Shown here: positions 10,044-18,103 of the stretch, in pieces
Layout: the number at the start of each line of letters is the position of its first letter
Numbering within the stretch: the first letter of the stretch is position 1
Assembly: GCA_017746715.1 (NCBI GenBank)
Contig: JAGHZQ010000041.1
Coordinates: 9,219-41,218, forward strand
Source: Cyanobacteria bacterium SBLK
GTDB taxonomy: Bacteria > Cyanobacteriota > Cyanobacteriia > Cyanobacteriales > Spirulinaceae
Direction: 5' to 3'
Length of the DNA stretch: 32,000 bases
Notes under the pieces: generated by a model
Database searches by the model: none
The model's input: the letters and a program-made list of their open reading frames with translations, nothing else
What the model was told of the DNA's origin: nothing
Made by a program: the position numbers and the translations under genes

Positions 10044-13000
10044 CTATTGTAACTCTTCAAGGAGTTGCCGAATGAGATCGAGTTGAAAGTCATCGACTAA
10101 GTTCGTCAGGCAATCGGCTAAAGATGCTTGACTTGCAGGGATTTCTCGAATGAGTGCCAAAATTGCCTCATCATCTAGGATTTCGCTGGCTTTATACATT
10201 CGTTTCTGCCATTCTAACGGCATCACTTGTAAATCGGACAATTGCAAAGGAGAATATTGCTTTTCTTCTTTTCGTTCTGCTTCATCATAAATATATTCAA
10301 TCCCTAAATACTTGCTGAGGATCTCAAAAATCTCCACTTCTCGAAAGGGTTTCTTGAGAAAATCATCGCATCCAGCTAACAAGGCGCTCGCCTTTTCTCG
10401 TTCCAATACGCTCGCCGTTAAGGCAATAATAATGGTGTCTTTTCCTTCTGGTTTGGCTTTAATGGTTCGCGTCGCCTCATAACCATCCATTTCGGACATT
10501 CTCATGTCCATAAAAATCAGATGCGGATGCCAGTTTTCCCATTGAGCGATCGCTTCTCGTCCGTTACTCGCTTCCCGCAAGTCGAAGCCGAGGGGTTGCA
10601 ACAATTTGACCAATAATAAACGATTTTCGGACCGATCGTCGGCGATGGCAATTTTGTAGTGTGGCTGTCCGGGTTTGAGAGCAATGACTCGGCGAGAATT
10701 GCGATCGGATTCTACCTCCGCTCTATCCACAAGCGTGGCATTAATATTAAAAGTCATGGCCGTTCCTTCACCAACCTGACTGCGAACGGCAATTTCTCCT
10801 CCCATCAATTGCACGAATTTTTGCGAGATTGGCAGCCCCAACCCCGTTCCTTCTTGAGTTTGTCGACCGCTCTGAGTTTGAGCAAAGGCCTCAAAGAGTT
10901 TCCCTATCTCTTCTTCGGCAATCCCCATTCCCGTATCTCGTACTTCAAATATGATTTGTTGTTGGCATTGCCCCGAGCTTGTCGAAGGGTTGTTTTTTTT
11001 CCCTCCCTTACGAAGGGGGGTTAGAGGGGATTGGCAATGGGTGACTGTTACTGAAATGCCGCCTTCTGATGTGAATTTAATACTATTGTTGATGAGATTC
11101 AGTAAGACCTGACGCAGTTTGGTTTTATCGGTGCAGATATATTGCGGGACGTTTTCTTGCCATGCGAACAGCAGTTTTAATCCTTTAGTTTCAGCTTTGA
11201 GCTGCAATAAACCTTCGACTTCTGTCAATAAAGCATAAAGATCGAAAGGAGCGATCGCGAGGGTCATTTTCCCTGCTTCGATTTTCGATAAATCTAAAAC
11301 ATTGTTGATTAACGTCAGCAAATAATCGCCGCTACGATTGATAATATTGAGATTATCTCGGTGTTTGGGCGGCAAATCGCCGTCGCGGATGGCAATTTGC
11401 GAAAAACCTAAAATCGCGTTTAAGGGGGTTCGCAATTCGTGGCTCATATTGGCTAAAAACTCGCTTTTGGCTTGGTTGGCGCGATCGGCAGTTTCTTTAG
11501 CTTGTTGCAGTTGAGCGGTGCGCTCTTCAACTTTGCTTTCGAGGGTGCGAGAATGCTCTTCGAGTTGGTTATAGAAACGTGCATTTTCGAGGGAAATGGC
11601 GGCTTGAGTGGCGAGGGTTTGCAATAATGCCATGCGTTCTTGACTAAATGCCCTCATGCTAAGATTGTTTTCTAGATAGATAATCCCTTGTAATTTTCCT
11701 TGATTAATAAAGGGAATACAGGCAAGAGAATAACATTGATTTTGTTGAATATAAGCATCCTCGGTAAAGTTGCCCGTACGGACGGCATCATCTAAAAACA
11801 CGGCTTCTCGGGTGCGAGTGACATAGCGAACAATACTGAGTGGAATGGCGTGAAATTTTTCTAGAGGAATGTCTTGCAGGGCGATCGCTTTTTCCGATTC
11901 TGTTTCTTGGGTTGCTGCAACCACTAAATTTTCTCCTCTCGACAGAAGTAAAATTCCTTTCTGCGCTCCGGCGTTTTCGACAAGAATATTCATTAAAGCC
12001 GAGAGTAAGCGATCGAGAAAAATTTCGCTAGAAATGGCTTGAGTGGCTTTGATAACTGAAGCTAGATCCAGATTTTTGCTGCTTTTTGAGGTACTGGTCG
12101 TTGGCGTTATTTTCGCCTTTTTTGGTGAGGTTGAATCTGGTGTTTCTGTAAAAGAAAATAGATGGGAATATTTTTCTTCGAGATGTTTGACCTTGGCGAT
12201 CGCGCCCCAGCGTTGATAGCAATAATGAGCTTCTTTTAAATACAAACCGGCAATGTTTTCTTTCCCGTTCGGTCGAGCACAGTCGAGACTCCAATTAAGA
12301 TAAAATTTAGCAGCAATTTCGTTAGCGAGGGCTTCTTCTTGGATGTATTTGTTTTCTCTGGCTCCGGCGATCGCGCGATCGTAATAATCCATTGCTTTGA
12401 CTTTTTCCCCCAAGACTCGATAATATTCTGCCTCGACAAGATAGAATTTATGTAAATAGTTCATGGGAGCGGATTCTGCCCAACGCTTTAGCTTCTTTTG
12501 ATTTTCTCGAACCTCATTTAAAGTATTCCGATCTATTGTTTCAGGACGCATTAATTTGATTAAAGAATAATAGCAATAAAATAGAGGAAATGACGGACTT
12601 TTCATAGGATTAAGTAAAATCCCTTCTCTCTCGATCGCTATCACGAGGGATTCGTTAAAATCTTCAAATAAATAACACAGAATTGCTTTTTGAAAATAGA
12701 TATTGTGCAACACGGTATTATTGTTATTATTTTGACACTCTAAAATCAATGAATCTTCATCCATTGCCAAACCTGTGAGATGATAGGGGGATGCCGATTT
12801 TCCTTGTAAATTTAAAACTGTTTGCCAATATATTTGTATAAGATCTAGAGAAACTTTTTGGCCGACTTCCTTAAATATTTTACAGTATCGTTCGATTTCT
12901 CGTTCCACTTCAGATAATTCGCAACCGCTTAAATAAAGCTGAATGCAATAACTACTACCAAGATGGCCGCTATAAGCTAAATCCCCGATTTCTAAACCAA

Positions 13001-16000
13001 ATGTAAAACCTTGCTGTAATGAATTAAATGCCTCGTTGATGTGATTTTTCCAATGATGGATAAAATAATAAACGAGCAAGAAAATGGAAGGTTTAAATTT
13101 TCGATCGTCAAACTGGGCAAGAATATCTAAGGCCAATTGGCCGTATTCATAACCGAGAGAAAAATCGTTCCCGATCTCACATAAAATCATGCCATAGTTT
13201 GCGTAGCTAAAGGCAGAAGCAGGTGTATTGCCATAAATGATTGAAAGTTCGAGGGTTTTGAAAACCGCAAGGGGATACAAAGCAGGTTTGGTAAAATAAA
13301 TCGCCGGTGCAATCTTCACTAAAAGCACTAATGCCTCGCGTATCAGATCGTTTTGCATTTTAGGTAAATTGGCAAAGTCGGTCGGTTGACGATCGCCAAT
13401 TAATCCTTGTATTTCGCCGAAAGCGTTGACAAAATCCTCTTGAGAGGGTTGGGATGGAAACTCAATTCCCAAATTTTGTAAAGCCTGCAAAGCCACATCG
13501 AGGGCTTCTAGCAATCGCACTTGATTGGTATAAGCATCAACTCTAATTTGTGCCAATTTGAGGCGATCGCGAGGCGTTTTTGCTTCTCGATCGATAATCG
13601 TTGCAAATGCTTCCATGCGTTCGATCTCTGCATTGAGATAAGTGGCTTTCATCACTTCTTGATATAGCTCGAGGGTTAGTTCGTATTGAGCGTCCCAACG
13701 ATTCGCCTCGAGTAGAGAGATGCCCGTCTCAAAATAGGAGATCGCTGCTCCGTAAGCATTGGCTGCTCTCGCTTTGCATCCTGTCTGTAGATTTAAGCGA
13801 GTGATAGTTTCTCGCTCTTGAGAAGTCGTGAATAAGGTAAGGCCGCGATTGAGGAGATCGACAATATCAAAGAGTTTTTCTTCGCGATCGCCCTCTGGAA
13901 TCTTTTCTAAAAGAATGCGCCCGATCGCCACATTTTTCTCGGCTTTATCTGCTTCGGGAATGAGGGCATAGGCCGCTTGTTGAATGCGATCGTGGGCAAA
14001 TTTACACGACTGAATCAGTAAGTTTTCATCTAATTCCGATATGGGAACGATAACGTTGCGATCGAGAGCCATTTTTAACGACTCAAACACTTCTTGCGGC
14101 GATCGCTTGACAATCCATGTCAGGGTTGTTAAATCGAACTCGGATCCCAAACAAGCAGCAAGGGATAAGATTTCGCGATCGCCTTGCGGTAATTGTTGTA
14201 GCTTTTCGACCATCAACTCAACCACGTTATCCGTGAAATTTCTGGCAGCGATCGCTTCAATATCCCATTGCCATCTCCTCGCTTTAGTTTCAAAGTTTAG
14301 TAAGTTTTCGGCATACAAAGCCTGTAAAAACTCATTTACAAAGAAAGGATTACCTTCAGTTTTCTCTTGCAATAATTGCGTCAATTTTCTCACTTCATTG
14401 AAGGTTCGTCCGAGAGTATCGCTTATCAAGTTGCCAATCTCAGAAAGCTGCAAAGGATTGAGGCGAACTTGCACGAATGTTGCTTGATGCTGTCGGAGTT
14501 TTTCGAGAGAAAGGTGCAAAGGATGACTGCGCGATATTTCGTTATCTCGATAGGCTCCCAACAGCAATAACGATTCAGTTTGAGCATCCGTTAATAATCT
14601 TTCCATTAGTATTAAAGTTGCCGAGTCTACCCATTGCAGATCGTCGAGAAATAAGGTTAAGGGATGTTCTTTTTGACAAAATACGCGCATAAAATTGCCA
14701 ATTGTCAAATTAAAGCGATTCCGTGCTTCATTTGCTCCTAACTCGGGTAGGGGAGGTTGTTTGCCAATAATCAGTTCGACTTCGGGGATGACATTAATAA
14801 TGACTTGCCCATTATTACCTAATGCTTCCAGTAATTTGTTTTTCCAGACTTGCAATTGTACTTCGCTTTCTCCCAATAATTGCTCGATTAAACCTCGAAA
14901 CGCCGCTACGATCGCAAAATAGGGAATATTGCGTTGAAATTGGTCGAATTTTCCCGAAATGAAATAGCCTCGATGTGCTGTAATGGGTTTGTATAATTCT
15001 TGGACGAGGGAAGATTTACCAATTCCCGAATATCCCGCGACTAAGATGAGTTCTACTTTTCCCGTATCGGCAACTCTCTGAAAAGCGGTTAATAGAGTTT
15101 CGATTTCTTTTTTTCGTCCATAGAGTTTCTGCGGAATTTGCAAGCGATCGCTAATATCTTGACTGGCTAAGGAAAATGAAAGAATGTCTCCAGTTGAGTT
15201 TAATTGCTGCCAACAATATTCTAGGTCGGCTTTTAATCCCCAAGCACTTTGATAGCGATCTTCTGCATTTTTTGCTATCAATTTCATGACAATGTTAGTC
15301 AGAGGGGTGGGGACTTGAGAGTCGGGAATGGGAGGGGAGGGTTTGGCAATATGACAGTGAATCAATTCCAGCATATCTTCAGTCAGAAAAGGGAACATTC
15401 CCGTCAGCAGTTCGTAAAAAGTAATGCCTAAAGAATAAAAATCCGTACGATAATCCAAGCCTCGATTCATTCTTCCGGTTTGTTCTGGGGAAATATAAGC
15501 GAGGGTTCCTTCTAAAACATTAGGATTTTTCAAGGTAGGATTTTCTCGGTTGAGTTGGGTCGAAATTCCAAAATCAATAATTTTCAGTTCTTTAGTTTCG
15601 GGATTAAAAACTATATTGGCAGGATTGATATCTTTATGAATAATATTTTGGGCGTGCACTTGTCCCAAACTTTCAGTAATGGCGATCGCTAATTGCAAAA
15701 ACTCTTTGAGAGAGAGTTTGTCGCGTTGTTTCTGCCATTTTTTGAGGGAAATGCCGCCAAAGTCTTCAAGGACGATCGCGTAGCTTCTCTGCCATTCTTC
15801 GAGACTGTAGGCTTTAATAATCCCCGGAGCATTTAACTGGCAAGTGAGATAATACTCTTGCTTATAGCGGCGAATCTGCTCTGACGAAGGATAATCGCAA
15901 TTGAGAAATTTGAGAATGACGGGGGTGCGATCGCTCGTTCGCTTGGCGCGATAGACTTGCGAGTTACTGCTGTTGTGGATTTGCTGGAGCTCCTCGTAAC

Positions 16001-16016
16001 CTGTCAGAGAAACCAT
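10044..16016 (-). CDS. Giant signalling protein, paralog C (HstK-like): Ser/Thr kinase - AAA_16/STAND ATPase - helical/TPR - GAF - HisKA - HATPase_c - receiver - helical C-terminal tail
   Basis: 1990-aa ORF whose first roughly 1400 aa are collinear with paralogs A and B ([61 protein letters not shown]). After the GAF come a coiled coil and the H-box [12 protein letters not shown] (His codon about 11439-11441). These are followed by N-box [10 protein letters not shown]1 DTGMGI and G2 GTGLGLPIS. The receiver reads IADDRSENR...[11 protein letters not shown] (Asp codon about 10506-10508)...KKPF. Confidence 0.95.
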   Translation of the reverse strand: MVSLTGYEELQQIHNSSNSQVYRAKRTSDRTPVILKFLNCDYPSSEQIRRYKQEYYLTCQLNAPGIIKAYSLEEWQRSYAIVLEDFGGISLKKWQKQRDKLSLKEFLQLAIAITESLGQVHAQNIIHKDINPANIVFNPETKELKIIDFGISTQLNRENPTLKNPNVLEGTLAYISPEQTGRMNRGLDYRTDFYSLGITFYELLTGMFPFLTEDMLELIHCHIAKPSPPIPDSQVPTPLTNIVMKLIAKNAEDRYQSAWGLKADLEYCWQQLNSTGDILSFSLASQDISDRLQIPQKLYGRKKEIETLLTAFQRVADTGKVELILVAGYSGIGKSSLVQELYKPITAHRGYFISGKFDQFQRNIPYFAIVAAFRGLIEQLLGESEVQLQVWKNKLLEALGNNGQVIINVIPEVELIIGKQPPLPELGANEARNRFNLTIGNFMRVFCQKEHPLTLFLDDLQWVDSATLILMERLLTDAQTESLLLLGAYRDNEISRSHPLHLSLEKLRQHQATFVQVRLNPLQLSEIGNLISDTLGRTFNEVRKLTQLLQEKTEGNPFFVNEFLQALYAENLLNFETKARRWQWDIEAIAARNFTDNVVELMVEKLQQLPQGDREILSLAACLGSEFDLTTLTWIVKRSPQEVFESLKMALDRNVIVPISELDENLLIQSCKFAHDRIQQAAYALIPEADKAEKNVAIGRILLEKIPEGDREEKLFDIVDLLNRGLTLFTTSQERETITRLNLQTGCKARAANAYGAAISYFETGISLLEANRWDAQYELTLELYQEVMKATYLNAEIERMEAFATIIDREAKTPRDRLKLAQIRVDAYTNQVRLLEALDVALQALQNLGIEFPSQPSQEDFVNAFGEIQGLIGDRQPTDFANLPKMQNDLIREALVLLVKIAPAIYFTKPALYPLAVFKTLELSIIYGNTPASAFSYANYGMILCEIGNDFSLGYEYGQLALDILAQFDDRKFKPSIFLLVYYFIHHWKNHINEAFNSLQQGFTFGLEIGDLAYSGHLGSSYCIQLYLSGCELSEVEREIERYCKIFKEVGQKVSLDLIQIYWQTVLNLQGKSASPYHLTGLAMDEDSLILECQNNNNNTVLHNIYFQKAILCYLFEDFNESLVIAIEREGILLNPMKSPSFPLFYCYYSLIKLMRPETIDRNTLNEVRENQKKLKRWAESAPMNYLHKFYLVEAEYYRVLGEKVKAMDYYDRAIAGARENKYIQEEALANEIAAKFYLNWSLDCARPNGKENIAGLYLKEAHYCYQRWGAIAKVKHLEEKYSHLFSFTETPDSTSPKKAKITPTTSTSKSSKNLDLASVIKATQAISSEIFLDRLLSALMNILVENAGAQKGILLLSRGENLVVAATQETESEKAIALQDIPLEKFHAIPLSIVRYVTRTREAVFLDDAVRTGNFTEDAYIQQNQCYSLACIPFINQGKLQGIIYLENNLSMRAFSQERMALLQTLATQAAISLENARFYNQLEEHSRTLESKVEERTAQLQQAKETADRANQAKSEFLANMSHELRTPLNAILGFSQIAIRDGDLPPKHRDNLNIINRSGDYLLTLINNVLDLSKIEAGKMTLAIAPFDLYALLTEVEGLLQLKAETKGLKLLFAWQENVPQYICTDKTKLRQVLLNLINNSIKFTSEGGISVTVTHCQSPLTPLRKGGKKNNPSTSSGQCQQQIIFEVRDTGMGIAEEEIGKLFEAFAQTQSGRQTQEGTGLGLPISQKFVQLMGGEIAVRSQVGEGTAMTFNINATLVDRAEVESDRNSRRVIALKPGQPHYKIAIADDRSENRLLLVKLLQPLGFDLREASNGREAIAQWENWHPHLIFMDMRMSEMDGYEATRTIKAKPEGKDTIIIALTASVLEREKASALLAGCDDFLKKPFREVEIFEILSKYLGIEYIYDEAERKEEKQYSPLQLSDLQVMPLEWQKRMYKASEILDDEAILALIREIPASQASLADCLTNLVDDFQLDLIRQLLEELQ

Positions 16017-16172
16017 ACACCCAACTTGAAAAAATATGACAATTCTGATTGTAACATAAAATAGGATTTTGGATTGTCTGGTTTTGCTGAGATCTGGCGG
16101 CGTTCGGAAAGATAGGCTCGAGGGTGCAATATAGAATGTCTGAGGTAGCGGAGAAATGGCGATCGCTTCACT

Positions 16173-16694
16173 TTATCTTTCAATGGCCAAGTGCCACTCT
16201 AATACGACTGCGGCGGGAATTTGCAAGGCGATCGCGCGATCGTTTTTCATCTTTAATAAGAATTGTACCGATGCCAATTGTGGCAATTTTGGTAATATTT
16301 CTTTGAAGTCAAATTCTCCGACGTTATCCGCCGAAGATTGCGGGGAAAAAATATCTTCGGCGGATAATACTTGTCCGGTAGAGACAAAGATTTTTAAAGC
16401 GCGATCGCGATCGAATGCAGCAACGTCGGGGAAACCCACCAAACGCAAATGCACGGGAGTTTCTTCGCGATTTTTTTCTCGTTTAAAGAGAATAACTTGC
16501 CAAGGTTCTCCAAATTCATCCCGCAAGGTATGGCGAGATTGATAGAGCATTTGGCCGGGGGCTTCTTCCATCTGATAAACTGCGGCTGTTGCGTGAGGAA
16601 TTGTTCCCCAACTCAACATTAATAGTCCGATAATCAAGCTGAGAATTAGCGATCGCCATAATAATGAGAGTCTCATTTTGCTCCTCCTTTGCAT
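16173..16694 (-). CDS. Small secreted protein of unknown function, DUF3122-like
   Basis: 173-aa ORF with a signal peptide (MRLSLLWRSLILSLIIGLLMLSWGTIPHATA). The mature part (YQMEEAPGQMLYQSRHTLRDEFGEPWQVILFKR...LRLVGFPDV) resembles the cyanobacteria-restricted DUF3122 family as I remember it. This needs an HMM check. Confidence 0.7.
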   Translation of the reverse strand: MQRRSKMRLSLLWRSLILSLIIGLLMLSWGTIPHATAAVYQMEEAPGQMLYQSRHTLRDEFGEPWQVILFKREKNREETPVHLRLVGFPDVAAFDRDRALKIFVSTGQVLSAEDIFSPQSSADNVGEFDFKEILPKLPQLASVQFLLKMKNDRAIALQIPAAVVLEWHLAIER

Positions 16695-16940
16695 AGATGT
16701 TTTAACGTACTAAGGGATTCTATCGCATGTTTGCGTTTCCGATTTCTTCCGGTGCGATCGATGGGATTCCCCGATTAGCAGTGTTTTTTTGATGCAGAGA
16801 TGTTTTCCGAAGGTGTCTTTATCTCAAATCCGGATAATTGTCCGAATTTAGAACTCGCCACTCCCGAGGCTTCCGATGCTCCCCCTGCTTCCCCCGCTCC
16901 CTCACTGGGAAGCATGGTGATTCAAGCAGATTTGATATTA

Positions 16941-17306
16941 CTATTTTGCAGGGGTATTGAAGGCTTTTAATTGATGGATGCGATTGGCTTGTTCTTGTAT
17001 TCTGTCGGCAAGGCGATCGCAAACCCATTCGCAGAGATCGAATATTATCGGATCGCTGATGTCATAATAGACGCTCGTGCCGACGGGTTTGCGGTTTAAA
17101 ATGCCTGCTTGTGTTAAAATTTTGAGGTGTTTGGAGAGATTGGCTTGTCCCAGTCCGGTTTCTTCGGAAAGCTGCGTCACGTTCATTTCTCCCTGCCTCA
17201 AAGCGTTTAAAATTTGCAGGCGACTAACTTCTGAGAGCATTTTAAAATAATCGGCGACGGGGGCAAGGGCAGCCGCAGATTTTTTATGGTTTAGCGTTTT
17301 ATCCAC
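16941..17306 (-). CDS. ArsR/SmtB-family winged-helix transcriptional regulator without obvious metal-ligand motifs
   Basis: 121-aa ORF with the typical ArsR HTH core FKMLSEVSRLQILNALRQGEMNVTQLSEETGLGQANLSKHLKILTQAGILNRKPVGTSVYY. It has no CxC in helix 3 and no His/Asp-rich alpha-5 site. Confidence 0.85.
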   Translation of the reverse strand: MDKTLNHKKSAAALAPVADYFKMLSEVSRLQILNALRQGEMNVTQLSEETGLGQANLSKHLKILTQAGILNRKPVGTSVYYDISDPIIFDLCEWVCDRLADRIQEQANRIHQLKAFNTPAK

Positions 17307-17515
17307 TGTTCGGATTATTTGTATCTATTTAACTAAGTAATAATATAGCATTATATTGAATGAAAAGCTAGTTTTAGAAGCGCGATCGCATTTTTTATTC
17401 TCAATGTTAAGCTCCCGATATAAAAAGAAAACTCGGCGACTCATTTATCCCCGAATTATCGGCAATTCTCGGTGGATCTTGTTTAAACTGAGGGAGAAGT
17501 TTGAGAAAAAAACCG

Positions 17516-17968
17516 ATGGATCCAATCACTGCGATCGCGACTCTTGCTGCGACAAAATTTGTTGAAACGGGTGCCGAAAAACTGGCAGGGGGAACTTTAG
17601 AGATAATCAACCGACTGCGAGAGAAGATTTGGCAGAAGTTGCGGGGAAAACAGGAGTTGGAGAAAGTCTTACAGGAGGCGAAAGATGGGGCTCCTTTTGC
17701 TTTGGAGCAAGTTGCGGGTTATTTGGATGCGGCAATGAAGGAGGATAGGGTTTTTGCGGAGGAAGTGAGAGAGGAGATTGAGGAAGCAATGAAAGAGAAT
17801 GAGACTTTTGCGAGGGAGATCGGCGATCGCGCTCGAGAGATTTTTAATATTGACACGGTTGAGGGACAAAATCAGATTATTGGCGATCGTGGGATTCAAA
17901 ATCCAACGAGATCGGTAATTGTTGAGAATAATCCCGGCACTATTATCATTAACGAAAAACCCGATTGA
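17516..17968 (+). CDS. Helical N-terminal domain ORF ending in an N/Q/G/I-rich strand motif; probably the detached 5' part of the downstream NB-ARC/TPR gene
   Basis: The track ORF 17501..17968 starts at a TTG. An ATG at 17516 lies behind a purine-rich GAGGGAGAAG. The protein reads MDPITAIATLAATKFVETGAEKLAGG..., then charged helices, then VEGQNQIIGDRGIQNPTRSVIVENNPGTIIINEKPD. It ends at TGA 17966-17968 and is in the same frame as 18104..20245. Confidence 0.6.
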   Translation: MDPITAIATLAATKFVETGAEKLAGGTLEIINRLREKIWQKLRGKQELEKVLQEAKDGAPFALEQVAGYLDAAMKEDRVFAEEVREEIEEAMKENETFAREIGDRAREIFNIDTVEGQNQIIGDRGIQNPTRSVIVENNPGTIIINEKPD

Positions 17969-18103
17969 CTGAACTCGTCGGCATCGAAACCGATTCAACA
18001 ACATTCGCACATTCCCAATAATATCAGGCGCACTCCCTCGAACAAGTTTTTTGGTCGGGATAAAGATTTAGAGAAGATTCACGAGAAATTAAAGCAGGGT
18101 GAT

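Noticed and set aside
1-16016. The three kinase-STAND paralogs as an assembly duplication artefact.
   Set aside because: The copies are clearly diverged over most of their length. They have different inserts and different C-terminal output domains, and only short tracts are near-identical.
16124-16542. Plus-strand ORFs 16124..16306 and 16156..16542.
   Set aside because: They overlap, in antisense, the DUF3122-like ORF, which has a clear signal peptide and family-like sequence. Neither has any motif.
17966-18010. The in-frame TGA in the NLR-like gene as a selenocysteine codon.
   Set aside because: There is no convincing SECIS-like stem-loop directly downstream, only a 4-bp tcgg/ccga pairing. 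The position is a linker, not a redox active site. A nonsense mutation, a base-call error or simple read-through are more plausible.
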